Positions 33,271 to 44,480 of a stretch of DNA of 64,000 nucleotides are shown here, one piece after another; position 1 is the stretch's first letter, and each line of letters opens with the position of its first letter. Made by a program: the position numbers and the translations under genes. Source of the DNA: Myxococcota bacterium. GTDB taxonomy: Bacteria > Myxococcota > XYA12-FULL-58-9 > JABJBS01. Where the stretch lies: positions 21,801-85,800 of the forward strand of contig JAYZAY010000024.1 of NCBI GenBank assembly GCA_036339465.1, given 5' to 3'. The notes under the pieces were generated by a model. That model was not told where the DNA came from and did no database searches. It saw only the letters and a list, made by a program, of their open reading frames with translations.

Positions 33271-33388
33271 TGTCCCCCTCCCCCTTTAGGTTTTGACCGC
33301 CTACCGGAAAAAAGTCAAAACTAGAACATGTTCTATGCGGTCAGAAGAGCAATGGCAAGGAGCAAAGCGAAGTCCGCGTATGCCTTTG

Positions 33389-34042
33389 CTAAACCGCTGA
33401 CCAGCCACTTTGCGTGGTCAAGTGCCATAAGGGTGGCGGAATGTGAGACAGATCGCCGATGTTTTCTACATAGAGGCGGTCGTCTTTGGCCAGCAGGCGA
33501 TGAACGCTGGTATTTCTAATCAGAAAACGTGTGGGTTGTTCCAGTGGGATGCCCAAGACGTGTTTGAGTAGGATCCGCAACCAGCCGCCATGGGTGACAC
33601 AAGCGACAGTCTGTTCTGGGTGGGCATGGGTCGTTTCTTTGATGAAGTTTAGAGCGCGCCCGAGTACCTCCTCAATTGTCTCTCCGCCTTCAGGGTGGGT
33701 GTTTGGGGCCCTAGCGATATAATCTGTCCAGGCGTGGGGATATTTTGCTTGGTTTTCCGCTTTCGTGTTTCCTTCCAATACACCCATGCAACGTTCGCGA
33801 AGCCGGGCATCCTCAGTGATGGTCAACCCGATGCGTTTTGCAATGGGCGACATGGTTTGCAGGGCCCGTTGGAGGTCACTGCTGTAAAGGGCATCGACTT
33901 CATGCCAGTGGTTTCGGTTGGCGAGATGGACCGCTTGGGACTTGCCTGTTTCATTGAGGTTACTATTTAGATGTCCTTGGATTCTACCTTCTTCGTTCCA
34001 GAGGGTATAGCCATGTCGGATGAGGTATAGGGTGGTGGTCAT
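33389..34042 (-). CDS. Histidine phosphatase / phosphoglycerate mutase family protein
   Basis: LIRHG, SSDLQRA, THGG. Confidence 0.9.
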   Translation of the reverse strand: MTTTLYLIRHGYTLWNEEGRIQGHLNSNLNETGKSQAVHLANRNHWHEVDALYSSDLQRALQTMSPIAKRIGLTITEDARLRERCMGVLEGNTKAENQAKYPHAWTDYIARAPNTHPEGGETIEEVLGRALNFIKETTHAHPEQTVACVTHGGWLRILLKHVLGIPLEQPTRFLIRNTSVHRLLAKDDRLYVENIGDLSHIPPPLWHLTTQSGWSAV

Positions 34043-34503
34043 TTTTTAAAATCGCTTAGGCTAGGTTCATGGTAAAACTTCTGGGTTCGTTAAAAAACGA
34101 ATAATACTTGTGAAGTAAAGTAGCCAAAAAAAACGCCATTTTAAAGGTGATTAGGGTTAATCTCACAAAAGAGAAGGTTCAAGTTCTTAAGCTTAAGGCC
34201 CCAGAAAAGGTGCCAGACAGTTTTTGGGGTGAAGCAGAGGACCCGGAAAAAAATAGGAAAAAAATAGCAGCTTATTTAGCAAATGGACCCATTTCTTTGG
34301 CTAGCCCATAACCCTCACAGCAACAGAGGTCTTTGAGGCGCCTGAAAAATACCACGCCTGTGGCGAGAGGCTGGCCCTAAGGGGCCAGTGTCATGCTCTT
34401 TGCCCATTGTATGAATAGATTCCTAGAGAAGTTCATTGTGGAGATGACTTGTTCTTTTGCCGTACTTGGGATTAGTAAGGCCCCCTTAAATGGGAGGCGT
34501 GTG

Positions 34504-36666
34504 ATGATTAATAAATCTTCATTTTTGTGGATTGGTGTGGCTTTATTGGGAACGGGATGTCTGTCTGCGAAAATACGGCCTGTGTCTCCAGAGCTGTCGA
34601 TAAGGAAGGAAGGCCCAATGTATCCCCTTGCAAAACAGGTGAAATCAGAGACCATACTTCATGGTAATCTTCGAAACGATCCCTATGCTTGGCTTCGTCA
34701 AAAGAAGAGTCCTGAGACCCTTGGTTATCTGAAAAACGAAAACACCTACACCCAAGAAGTGATGAAGCCTACGGAGGGCTTTCAGGTAAAGCTCTATGAG
34801 GAGATGCTGGGGCGTATTGTTGAAGACGATGCCACGGTTCCTTATCGGTATGGTGAATATGAGTATTACAATCGTACTGTTGAAGGAAAAGCTTATACGA
34901 TTTACTGCCGTAAGAAATTAACGCCAGAGGGCCAGGAAGAGATTATTTTAGACCTCAACGAGTTTGGGGCTAAGCATAAATACGTTAGCTTGGGGGCCTT
35001 TGCGGTTAGTCCTAACCACCAATTGTTGGCTTTTTCCATCGATACTTCGGGCTATGAAAGACACGACTTACGCATTAAGGATCTCAAAACCGGTGAGTAT
35101 TTCGAGGAAGTGGTGCCCAATACCTATTACAGCTTAGCCTGGGGAGATGACCAAACTCTATTTTATGACACCGTAGACCAAGCAAATCGCCCCTATCGTG
35201 TTCATCGGCACCGGTTGAACACTTCTCCGGATAAGGATTCGGTTATTCTTGAGGAAAAAGACGACCGTTTCTTTGTTACTCTGGAGCGGAGTCGAAGCGG
35301 AGAATTTGTTTTGATTTCATCCGATAGTGCCATCACAAGTGAAGTTCGAGTCATTGCCACCAAGACTCCCGAAATGAAACCTCGCTTGGTTGTTCCGAGA
35401 GTTCAAGGGGTGGAATACTCGGTGGAGCACCACGGTGAACATTTCTATGTGCTCACCAATGAAAATGCGACGAACTTTAAACTGATTAGGATGTCTCAAT
35501 ATGCGACCACTCTTGATGAGGGTGAGGTCATTTTGGCCGAAGACCAAGAGATTACCCGCAATCGTGTATCGGCGTTTGAAAAATTCTTGGTTATTTACCA
35601 ACGTCACGAGGGTCTTCCCGAACTGGAAATACGTCCATTGGATAAGTTTGAAAGCCCGAGGGTGGTTGAGTTCGATGATGCGTCTTACAGTGTATGGCTA
35701 GGTACCAATCCTGAGTTTTTTACAGACTCTTTTCGTTATGGCTACACGTCTTTTGTCCAACCTTCTGCCACCTACGAAATTAATCTGACCACTTTTGACC
35801 GAAAATTGCTTAAGGAGAAGCCTGTAAGAGACTTTGACCCAAGTCTCTACGGAACTAAGCGGGTGATGGCCACGGCATCAGATGGGGTGAAGGTGCCCGT
35901 TTCCATGGTTTATCGTAAGGGGATCGACCTACACGGCGACAACCCTATGGTTCTTTATGGATATGGCGCCTATGGGAGCTCCTATGATGCTTATTTTAGC
36001 TCCAATTGGATTTCTCTTTTGAACCGGGGCGTGATGATTGGAATCGCACATATTCGCGGGGGTGGTGAGTTTGGCCGTCGATGGAAAAATGACGGAAAGC
36101 TCAAAAAGAAAATGAATACTTTTACCGACTTTATTGCGTGTGCAGAACACCTGATTGAAAAGGGGTATACCAGTTCATCGAAGTTGGTTATTCAGGGGGA
36201 GAGTGCGGGTGGGTTGCTGATTGGTGCGGTCTTGAATATGCGACCGAAGCTTTTCAAAGCCGCCGTTGCTGGGGTTCCTTTTGTCGATGTTGTTAACACC
36301 ATGCTTGATGAGACAATCCCGCTGACCGCAATTGAATGGGAAGAATGGGGCAACCCCAACAATATTGAAGATTATGAAACGATTCTAAGGTATTCACCCT
36401 ATGATAATGTGAGCGTCAAGGACTACCCTGCTATTTTGGTGTTGGCTGGATTGAATGACCCAAGGGTACACTATTGGGAGCCGGCGAAGTGGACGGCAAA
36501 GTTGAGAGCCCATAAGACCGACCAGAACGTGCTTCTCCTAAAAACCAATATGGGCGCTGGTCACGGTGGAGCATCCGGGCGATACGGACGCCTTAAAGAA
36601 CAGGCATTCGAGTTTACGTTTATGCTGAAAGAACTAGATCTTCTGAAGGTGGGGGCTTCTTCCTAA
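34504..36666 (+). CDS. ptrB: Oligopeptidase B (S9A), with predicted lipoprotein signal peptide
   Basis: DPYAWL, GESAGG, DPRVHYWEPAKW, GAGHGG; GGGAGG RBS then MINKSSFLWIGVALLGTGC. Confidence 0.92.
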   Translation: MINKSSFLWIGVALLGTGCLSAKIRPVSPELSIRKEGPMYPLAKQVKSETILHGNLRNDPYAWLRQKKSPETLGYLKNENTYTQEVMKPTEGFQVKLYEEMLGRIVEDDATVPYRYGEYEYYNRTVEGKAYTIYCRKKLTPEGQEEIILDLNEFGAKHKYVSLGAFAVSPNHQLLAFSIDTSGYERHDLRIKDLKTGEYFEEVVPNTYYSLAWGDDQTLFYDTVDQANRPYRVHRHRLNTSPDKDSVILEEKDDRFFVTLERSRSGEFVLISSDSAITSEVRVIATKTPEMKPRLVVPRVQGVEYSVEHHGEHFYVLTNENATNFKLIRMSQYATTLDEGEVILAEDQEITRNRVSAFEKFLVIYQRHEGLPELEIRPLDKFESPRVVEFDDASYSVWLGTNPEFFTDSFRYGYTSFVQPSATYEINLTTFDRKLLKEKPVRDFDPSLYGTKRVMATASDGVKVPVSMVYRKGIDLHGDNPMVLYGYGAYGSSYDAYFSSNWISLLNRGVMIGIAHIRGGGEFGRRWKNDGKLKKKMNTFTDFIACAEHLIEKGYTSSSKLVIQGESAGGLLIGAVLNMRPKLFKAAVAGVPFVDVVNTMLDETIPLTAIEWEEWGNPNNIEDYETILRYSPYDNVSVKDYPAILVLAGLNDPRVHYWEPAKWTAKLRAHKTDQNVLLLKTNMGAGHGGASGRYGRLKEQAFEFTFMLKELDLLKVGASS

Positions 36667-36718
36667 GCCAACGGGATGTCAGCCAGCAAGGGGATGTTTC
36701 TTTTTTTTCGAGAATGTC

Positions 36719-38029
36719 TTAAAAGCGCCAGTAGAGCCCCAGAAAATAGGGTTGAAGATGAAAGAGAACACGGAAGCGATCGGTGGCTGCGATCATGATT
36801 CCGAAATCGATGCCCATGCCCTTGGCGCCGGTAATGTGGTTCCTAAAATCTGGGTCATAGAACACCTCCCCAAGGATTTTGAAATACTTTGAAAGGTCGA
36901 GGTCGAAACCTAGGTGAAAACGGTAGGTTGGAAACGAAGTCCATTTTCTGAAGTTAAAAGAATTGTATTCGATCTGGGCGCCGGCATGTAAGCCGAAGCG
37001 CCCTCCCCTCTGAAGTAGCCAGGAAAGTGAATTGGCCACATACAGTTGAGTTTCCCACCCATAATCCTCTTTTTCGATATAGTAGGGATCTTGGTTTACA
37101 TCTTGGCTTAGGCGAGTGGTGTTTTCCATGTCTTCTGTCGAGTATGAAGAGCGGTTCGCGTAACGGGAATTTTCTTCTTCTTCGAAGTTGGTACGTCTTT
37201 TTTCATAGCCTTCCTCTTGTCCGGCTGCGTTGAAGAATGTGTGATGATTGCCATTATACGTAAAGGTCTGAGAGCGAATCCCAACCGCGATGCCATGCTC
37301 AACCTTATTGCCTCGACTGAAATAGGGTTGCCACTTGAGTTCTATATTGGGATTCAGGTTTTGGGTCTCGTTAAGTCCAACGAGGGTGACAAGGTTTAGA
37401 GAGAGCAATGTGGTGTCGGTTAGGCCATAAGCGAGGGAGAGACCACTCAAATAGATATCACCGGATTCGAAGACATAGGCGGTGGGGTCGAAGAAGATAT
37501 CAATAAGGGGTTCGATGGTGTGGCTGAAGGTCTCCCGCGACTCCTTTTCAAGCACGGTGCTGCCCTCTGGCAGCAAAATGTTAAGCAGCCCTCCAGGTTG
37601 AGCGGTCTTTGTGGGTGTTGCTTGGGGCTTGTCTTGACTGTTGGGATAATAGAACTTGAAGGATGCGATTTTACTTGTGGGAACGGTTAGTTTTCCAAGA
37701 CTTGATTGGAGGACAAATGCTTCGTTGGTTTGTTTTAGTAATTCCCCCCTGAGCAAAGAACCATCGGACAGTTTTAGGAGGACGTGGGGTTTCGCCATCT
37801 TATCCACAGGGATCTTAAGTTCTCCGAGTTCCGATTCTATCAGCCAGTGGGTCTCGGTTCTCTCCTTAACCACGCCCCGAACAATATTACCGTCCTTTAG
37901 TTTGATGGTTTCTTGAATTGGGTCAGAACCGGTTGTGGGGGCGGCTGTATTCGCATCCTGCGCGAAGGCACCGTTACACCAAAGAAGAATCGTCATGACG
38001 AGGGGTGCGCGTAATTTTACCATGCCCAT
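36719..38029 (-). CDS. Exported protein: two small beta-domain repeats plus probable outer-membrane beta-barrel
   Basis: Signal peptide (AFA); two L.DG....G repeats; amphipathic strands; terminal YWRF. Confidence 0.65.
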   Translation of the reverse strand: MGMVKLRAPLVMTILLWCNGAFAQDANTAAPTTGSDPIQETIKLKDGNIVRGVVKERTETHWLIESELGELKIPVDKMAKPHVLLKLSDGSLLRGELLKQTNEAFVLQSSLGKLTVPTSKIASFKFYYPNSQDKPQATPTKTAQPGGLLNILLPEGSTVLEKESRETFSHTIEPLIDIFFDPTAYVFESGDIYLSGLSLAYGLTDTTLLSLNLVTLVGLNETQNLNPNIELKWQPYFSRGNKVEHGIAVGIRSQTFTYNGNHHTFFNAAGQEEGYEKRRTNFEEEENSRYANRSSYSTEDMENTTRLSQDVNQDPYYIEKEDYGWETQLYVANSLSWLLQRGGRFGLHAGAQIEYNSFNFRKWTSFPTYRFHLGFDLDLSKYFKILGEVFYDPDFRNHITGAKGMGIDFGIMIAATDRFRVLFHLQPYFLGLYWRF

Positions 38030-38183
38030 GTAGATAATCCTTTTTTGGACGCCACGCTAACAAAGGTTTTTGACTGAAGCAAATAGGGTCTTGGCAGGAC
38101 TGTGTCTTCTGCGTTGGAAACCTGAAAATCCCCCCAATAAACCAGCCTTTCGGTTTTTCTTTAACCGTGATTAAAATGTCTTT

Positions 38184-38909
38184 ATGGAGGTGTTACTTGC
38201 GGCTACCATTGTCTTTTGTGCTGCCAGCGTTCAGGGGGCTATTGGTTTCGGAGCAGGTCTGATTGCCATCGCATTCTTACCCCTCTTTTGGGAGGTGCCC
38301 TATGTTGTAGCGGTGCTAAGTCCGGTGAGTGTGGTTTTGACCGGGAGCCTTGTTTTTCAGCTCCGCAAGCATGTGGAGTTTGGAGATGTTCGAGGTCTAC
38401 TCTGGCCTATGCCCTTGGGGGTGGGCGTGGGGCTCTGGGCCCTATCTCATTGGTCGGAGTTTGGTTTAAGGGCCTGTCTCGGACTCTTACTTTTAAGTTA
38501 TGTCCTCTTTTCTGGGTATCTTAGAAACAATCCCGGCACCGTCTCCATCATTTGGGGATATCTGGCAGGTTTTCTCGGCGGCTTTTGTGGAGGGGCCCTG
38601 AGCTCGGCGGGTCCCCCTATTTTAGTTTACGCTGCGACCTGCGGTTGGGAAAAAAACCGGTTCCGAGCAAACCTCCAGTTTTTTTTCGTTTTTACGAGTG
38701 TTTTCGGATTGGTGGGGCTCCTTTATTTGGGGTTGGTGACTTGGGAGACCGGCATCCTAAGCCTCGGTTTGATCCCCTTTGTGGTGGGCGGTGCTTGGGT
38801 GGGCGATAGAGTTGCGGCCCATTTAAACGAGCAACGTTTTCGCCGGATGGTGCTCTGGGCTTTGGGGGGCATGGGCCTTTTTTATCTTGCTCGAGCATTT
38901 TGGGGGTGA
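38184..38909 (+). CDS. TauE/SafE (TSUP) family membrane transporter
   Basis: QGAIGFGAG, GGALSSAGPP, about 8 TM segments. Confidence 0.88.
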   Translation: MEVLLAATIVFCAASVQGAIGFGAGLIAIAFLPLFWEVPYVVAVLSPVSVVLTGSLVFQLRKHVEFGDVRGLLWPMPLGVGVGLWALSHWSEFGLRACLGLLLLSYVLFSGYLRNNPGTVSIIWGYLAGFLGGFCGGALSSAGPPILVYAATCGWEKNRFRANLQFFFVFTSVFGLVGLLYLGLVTWETGILSLGLIPFVVGGAWVGDRVAAHLNEQRFRRMVLWALGGMGLFYLARAFWG

Positions 38910-39051
38910 TTTCTGTCTCGTAGGTGGTATTCGTTTTCGGCCTTGTGGTTCTTTTCCCCGGCTTTTGAGCTTCCTACGTTGACGCTTAAATTAAAGAAGG
39001 TTATCAGGGCCGCCTAAGGTTTAATTCAATATAAAACAAAGAGTTATCTTC

Positions 39052-41715
39052 ATGAACGAGAGTTTAGGTAAGCATTACGACGCTGCGGCGGCCTATGAAA
39101 AGTACTATGATGCCTGGGAAGCAGCGGGTTGTTTTAAAGGCAAACCACAACAGCCCGGCCCCACCTTTACCATGGTTATTCCACCTCCCAATGTCACCGG
39201 TTCCTTGCATATGGGTCACGCGCTGAATAACACCCTACAAGACATATTGGCCCGTTATCACCGTATGGATGGTTATAATACCGTGTGGATACCTGGGACG
39301 GATCACGCAAGTATCGCTGTGCATTGGGTCTTAGAGCGTGAATTTAAGAAAGAAGGAACCAACCGCTTTGATTTGGGACGAGACGAGTTTCTAAAGCGGG
39401 CCTGGGCGTTCAAAGAAGAAGCCGAAAACAATATTCTCACCCAACTCCGTGCCCTTGGCGTTTCTTGTGATTGGGAGCGAAAACGGTTCACCATGGATGA
39501 AGGCTTGTCTCGGGCGGTACGAGAGTGCTTTGTTCGGCTCTACGAAGATGGCCTGATTTATCGTGCGCAACGACTGGTTAACTGGGACCCCGTGGCCCAA
39601 ACCACCCTATCGGATCTTGAAGTTATCCACGAAGAGGGCGCCGACGGGGAACTTTGGTCTTTTGCGTATCCTTTGGCCGACGGCAGTGGTGAAATTGTCG
39701 TGGCGACAACTCGACCTGAAACGATGCTGGGCGATACTGCGGTGGCTGTTCACCCTGACGATGACCGTTACAAGAGCATCATTGGCAAAATGATAAAACA
39801 CCCTATCACCGGTCGCGAATTTCCTATTGTTGCAGATGCCATTTTGGTCGATCCTGAATTCGGAACCGGTGCGGTTAAGGTTACCCCGGCCCATGATCCC
39901 AATGACTTTGAGGTAGGGGTTCGGCACAAACTTCCGATGATCAATCTTCTCAATAAGGATGGGACCTTTAATGAGAATGGGGGGCCATTTGTGGGGCTTG
40001 ACCGATTCGAGGTCCGTAGGGCGGTGAAAGAAAAAATCGAGTCTTTAGGCCTGGACCGCGGTACGGAAGCTCACAAAATGAACATTGGCCGTTCGGAACG
40101 TTCTGGCACTGTGGTTGAACCCATGCTCTCGACCCAGTGGTTTGTGAAGGCAAAGCCCTTGGCTGCTCCGGCGCTGGCTGCGGTTGAAAATGGTTTTACG
40201 AAATTTGTGCCGACTCAATGGGAAAACACCTATTACGCCTGGCTTCGCGATATCCGCGACTGGTGTATTTCGCGGCAACTTTGGTGGGGGCACCAAGTAC
40301 CAGCATGGTACGACGACGAAGAAAATGTTTATGTTGGGCACTCCGAAGCTGATGTTCGCACGAAACACGCTTTGGGTGATGATATTAAACTTCGTCAAGA
40401 TCCCGATATCTTGGATACTTGGTTCAGTTCAGCCCTATGGCCGTTTTCTACCATGGGATGGCCAGATAAAACCCCAGAACTGGCGAGATGGTATCCGACC
40501 GCAACTTTGACCACTGGGTTTGATATTATCTTTTTCTGGGTTGCTCGGATGATGATGATGGGCCAATACCTTATGGGCTCAGTCCCATTTAAGGACGTGT
40601 ATATTCATGCTCTTATCCGGGATAAAAACGGGGACAAAATGAGTAAAACCAAGGGGAATGTGGTGAACCCCTTGGAAATGATCGATAAATACGGCTGTGA
40701 TGCGTTTCGTTTTACGCTTACAGCTTTTGCGGCTCAAGGTCGCGATATGCGCTGGGATGAGAACCGGGCGGAGGGATACAGCAAATTTGTCAACAAGATT
40801 TGGCAGGCGTTTCGTTTTACCATGTCTCATATTGGGGATGTCGAACCGTCGGAGCTCCAAAAGTTTCCGGCAGCCGAGACAGATAGCATGTATAATCGAT
40901 GGATTCGCCATAAGTTGCGTGAGGCTATATTGCAATATGGGACATCCATTAAGGAGTATCGCTTTAATGAAGCCGCCAATAGCATCTATCACTTTATTTG
41001 GGATGAGCTTTGCGATTGGTATCTCGAACTGGTGAAACCAGCCCTTTATGGGAAAGCCGAGCATGGTGAGGCTACTAAGTTGGGGGTCCAACAGACGCTC
41101 TATCTTGTGTTTCACTCTTTGGCACGGGCGCTACATCCGGTGATGCCATTTTTCACCGAAGAGCTTTGGGCACAACTCCCCGCCACCGAGGGCTACATCA
41201 TGAATGCGACGATGCCGAAGCCCGAGGATTTTGCATCTGAGCACGAGGCTGCAAAAGAAATTGATTTTCTGCAGTCTACCATTGTGGCGGTGCGACGGGT
41301 TCGGGCTGAGTTCGGTGTGCCTGTTAAGGAAAATGTGGAAGTATTGGTGCGAACCGATGCCAGTAGCTGGGAGACGATGGCCAGCCATTCTGTGGCCTTG
41401 AGCAATTTGGCCAAAGCCACAATGAAAGCACTAGACGGAGGGTCTGTGCCTGAGAAAAGTGCAACAGAGGTGGTCACGGATACGGAACTTTTCCTCCCCC
41501 TTGAGGGTCTGATCGACTTCGCCGCCGAAAAGGTAAGGCTCGAAAAGGACTTAAAGAAACTGGATAAGGAAATAAACGGCCTTCGGAAACAACTGGGCAA
41601 CCAAAAATTTCTAAATCGCGCTCCAAATGAAATTGTCGCCGACAAGAAGTCTCAGCTTTCCGATGCGGAAGGTCGGGAGACGCGTGTCAAAGCAGCGATT
41701 GAGCGTTTGAGCTAG
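39052..41715 (+). CDS. valS: Valine--tRNA ligase
   Basis: PPPNVTGSLHMGH, DWCISRQLWWGH, KMSKT, C-terminal coiled coil. Confidence 0.98.
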   Translation: MNESLGKHYDAAAAYEKYYDAWEAAGCFKGKPQQPGPTFTMVIPPPNVTGSLHMGHALNNTLQDILARYHRMDGYNTVWIPGTDHASIAVHWVLEREFKKEGTNRFDLGRDEFLKRAWAFKEEAENNILTQLRALGVSCDWERKRFTMDEGLSRAVRECFVRLYEDGLIYRAQRLVNWDPVAQTTLSDLEVIHEEGADGELWSFAYPLADGSGEIVVATTRPETMLGDTAVAVHPDDDRYKSIIGKMIKHPITGREFPIVADAILVDPEFGTGAVKVTPAHDPNDFEVGVRHKLPMINLLNKDGTFNENGGPFVGLDRFEVRRAVKEKIESLGLDRGTEAHKMNIGRSERSGTVVEPMLSTQWFVKAKPLAAPALAAVENGFTKFVPTQWENTYYAWLRDIRDWCISRQLWWGHQVPAWYDDEENVYVGHSEADVRTKHALGDDIKLRQDPDILDTWFSSALWPFSTMGWPDKTPELARWYPTATLTTGFDIIFFWVARMMMMGQYLMGSVPFKDVYIHALIRDKNGDKMSKTKGNVVNPLEMIDKYGCDAFRFTLTAFAAQGRDMRWDENRAEGYSKFVNKIWQAFRFTMSHIGDVEPSELQKFPAAETDSMYNRWIRHKLREAILQYGTSIKEYRFNEAANSIYHFIWDELCDWYLELVKPALYGKAEHGEATKLGVQQTLYLVFHSLARALHPVMPFFTEELWAQLPATEGYIMNATMPKPEDFASEHEAAKEIDFLQSTIVAVRRVRAEFGVPVKENVEVLVRTDASSWETMASHSVALSNLAKATMKALDGGSVPEKSATEVVTDTELFLPLEGLIDFAAEKVRLEKDLKKLDKEINGLRKQLGNQKFLNRAPNEIVADKKSQLSDAEGRETRVKAAIERLS

Positions 41716-41870
41716 GTCGAAAGCCGGCCTTTTCAGCTTCCCAATATTTCAAAGGTCCAGTCGATAACCCCTTTGTCTTTTCCTCTTTGACCGCGTCTTA
41801 GAACCTTACTCCATGGTCGTGTTCTTAGAGGTTTCGCTTTTCGATGACTGCGTGCGTTCTTGGTGTGATA

Positions 41871-44315
41871 CTAGTGTTTCTTTCGGTTGGGTAGGATTGA
41901 GAGGACGGCAGGCAAGATGATTAAGCAAACAACGCCGTTGAAAACAACACCTGCGATGCATAAGCGCCCCATGCTTTCGAGTCCCCGATAATTTGCAATT
42001 GAAAGTGCGGTAAAGCCAAGCAATGAGGTGAGCAGTGATCCGAAGATTGCTTTGCCCGTATCTTCGAGTACCACGACCACGTCCCAAGACTCCTTGAGAC
42101 GAGACAAAAGGTGTATGCCACCATCCACGCTGATACCAAATACAGCCGTGATTAAAATGACATTCATGTAATTTAGCTCAATGAAGTTTGTGGCCAGAAA
42201 GCCAAAAAGGAAGACCATGGTCAGAGCCGCTGGGATGGCTGCCAATAGAGCATAGGAAATCCCCCCCAAGAGAATTGTCATGGTCAGAAGGACTAGAAAG
42301 AGGGTCAAAAACAACACAGATGGTGTTTCACGTTTCACCTCCTGAATGATATCGTGAAGGATAAGAGGCTCTCCTGCAATGGAAATTGCTTCCCCACTCG
42401 TAAGCTTGGTGCTTCTAACCTCTTTTACGAACTTATCTAGCTTGTCTCCATGGTCAAGGGCAACCGCTGAAAAGACCAAAACAAAACCAGTGGGTTTACC
42501 CGTTAAGTCTTCAAAGCGCCTTCGCATTTCCATGGGGATGTCTTCATAGGTGAAGGGCTGTCCCTTTGACATCTTCTTCAGTGCTCGCAAGTGGCTGCGC
42601 TGGTCTTTGGATACCCAGCTCTGCCGGATCTTTTTCACCACTCGATGTATTTCCGCAATGATGGGGGCTTTTTTTACCTGATCCTTCGGAACGAGGTCCG
42701 CACTGCTCAAGACCAAATGAATCGCTGATTCGGCCCCGCTCTTCTCTTTTTGGTCTCTTAGGGCTTGGCTCACCAATTGCTGGTCAGCGGCGGTGGGAGG
42801 CAAGCCAATAATAGGTGTTTGTCCATGACCCAGAATCTCGTCGATGATAAAGTCCAACTGGAACGAGCGCAGGTCGCTTCGAACCAATTCGCGAAAATCC
42901 ACTTTAAAGTTCCAGCTTGCCGAATAGCTCAAAGCAATGGTGGTGGCTATCAACGCGACCAAAGTGATGGGCCGGGCGCGTCGTTGAATCCATTGGCCCA
43001 ACAGAGAAAACCGATTTTGCGTTTGGACGACACGAGGTTTCCACCCAAAATGCGACAAAAGACCTAAGCCGGCGGGCAGGCAGAGAGCATAAGCGGTTAC
43101 CATAAACGCCATGCCTGAGGATGCGATAATACCGAACTCTTGGAATGCTTTGAACTCGGAATAACTTAATCCGGCAAAGGCCACCATGGTGGTAATGGCT
43201 GCGGCGATAATGGCGCGTCCCGTGCTACCGAATGCCGCTGCCAGAGCTTTTTCGGGTTCATCGGTGACGGTGAATTGATACTCGTAACGTTGAAGAAGGT
43301 GAATGCCGTGGTCTACTCCCAAGCCCAAAAGGATGGCGCCGATAAATGCTGTGAGGACCGTAAGTACACTAAATGTGTAACCAGCGAAGGCGTAGGTCCA
43401 GAGCAAACCTATGAGCAATGGCCCCATGAGCAGCAGTATGGCGGACAATCGTCTAAAGTGAATAAAAACGTATGTGAACACCAAGACGATGGCCCAAGCG
43501 GTGCTGATGACCAGGTCGCGTTCGATGAGTTCTTGTTGGGCTACTTTCTTAGTGTAGCTACCGCCGTATTCAATTTTGAGATTAGGCCCATAAGGCAGAA
43601 GGTCCATGCCGCCGACCACCGATTTGACCTTACTGACCACTTCTTGGGTTAATTTTAGGTTGATGGATATGGCACTGGGTTTTACAAGTATCAAGATGAC
43701 GTTGTTGTCTGCATCGTAGTAATAATTGTCTCGGATGATGGTCCGATAAGAGTTGTTGGAGGTATATTCGCGCTCAATTTTATTGCGTATACGTGCTAAC
43801 TCATCTGAGGACGGTTCCTCTAGAACTTCGTCGGTGGTGAGAAATAATGGGTCATTTTTCGCGCGTTCAAAATATTGCCGCTTGACCAAATACTCTCGCA
43901 GGGAAAGTAAATCTTCGATGTTCGCATAAAAAAGGGCATGTTTTCGAAAGAAATCAATGGGCCTTTGGTAGTCAACGTAGACAACCTCTTCGAGCTTTTC
44001 TAATCTTGGTGCGACGTCATCGGCGAACTGTTTGAGACTTTTTTCGCCTGGGCCGCTCGCGGCAATCGCGACATAGCCAATACCACCGAATTGTTTTTTG
44101 ATATTATCGAGGGTCTTAACGCTCTCAAAGGACTGGGGCAGGAGTTTACTTAAATCTGCATCTACTTGTAGTTGAGATAGCCCCCAAATAAAGGCAACCA
44201 CGGTGATACATGTGACCCCTATGAATGTGGCGGCCCAGTGCCGGAAGCACCATCGTGCCAATTCGCTCAGCTTATTTTCCGTTCGTCGTTGAAATTTCGC
44301 CAACATGCTAACCAC
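41871..44315 (-). CDS. MMPL/RND family lipid transporter
   Basis: Two repeats of 1 TM + periplasmic domain + 5 TM; GLGVDHGIH and GISVDGGIH motifs. Confidence 0.88.
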   Translation of the reverse strand: MVSMLAKFQRRTENKLSELARWCFRHWAATFIGVTCITVVAFIWGLSQLQVDADLSKLLPQSFESVKTLDNIKKQFGGIGYVAIAASGPGEKSLKQFADDVAPRLEKLEEVVYVDYQRPIDFFRKHALFYANIEDLLSLREYLVKRQYFERAKNDPLFLTTDEVLEEPSSDELARIRNKIEREYTSNNSYRTIIRDNYYYDADNNVILILVKPSAISINLKLTQEVVSKVKSVVGGMDLLPYGPNLKIEYGGSYTKKVAQQELIERDLVISTAWAIVLVFTYVFIHFRRLSAILLLMGPLLIGLLWTYAFAGYTFSVLTVLTAFIGAILLGLGVDHGIHLLQRYEYQFTVTDEPEKALAAAFGSTGRAIIAAAITTMVAFAGLSYSEFKAFQEFGIIASSGMAFMVTAYALCLPAGLGLLSHFGWKPRVVQTQNRFSLLGQWIQRRARPITLVALIATTIALSYSASWNFKVDFRELVRSDLRSFQLDFIIDEILGHGQTPIIGLPPTAADQQLVSQALRDQKEKSGAESAIHLVLSSADLVPKDQVKKAPIIAEIHRVVKKIRQSWVSKDQRSHLRALKKMSKGQPFTYEDIPMEMRRRFEDLTGKPTGFVLVFSAVALDHGDKLDKFVKEVRSTKLTSGEAISIAGEPLILHDIIQEVKRETPSVLFLTLFLVLLTMTILLGGISYALLAAIPAALTMVFLFGFLATNFIELNYMNVILITAVFGISVDGGIHLLSRLKESWDVVVVLEDTGKAIFGSLLTSLLGFTALSIANYRGLESMGRLCIAGVVFNGVVCLIILPAVLSILPNRKKH

Positions 44316-44480
44316 TGATGCTTGTTGAGGCTCGAGGACAACTATCGATTAGTCTAGTATGCCAGCGGTGTCAATATGGGGTGATGTAGGCAGTCCCAAT
44401 CCTTGTGTGCCATCAAGGTCAAAAATGATGGCGATGGGGGTGTCCTAGAACGAAAACCACCTCGAATATGGCATTAGGGA

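Noticed and set aside
34300..34392. Possible riboswitch upstream of ptrB (hairpin CTGGCCC-TAAG-GGGCCAG)
   Set aside because: No conserved motif of a riboswitch class I recognise; a single hairpin is insufficient
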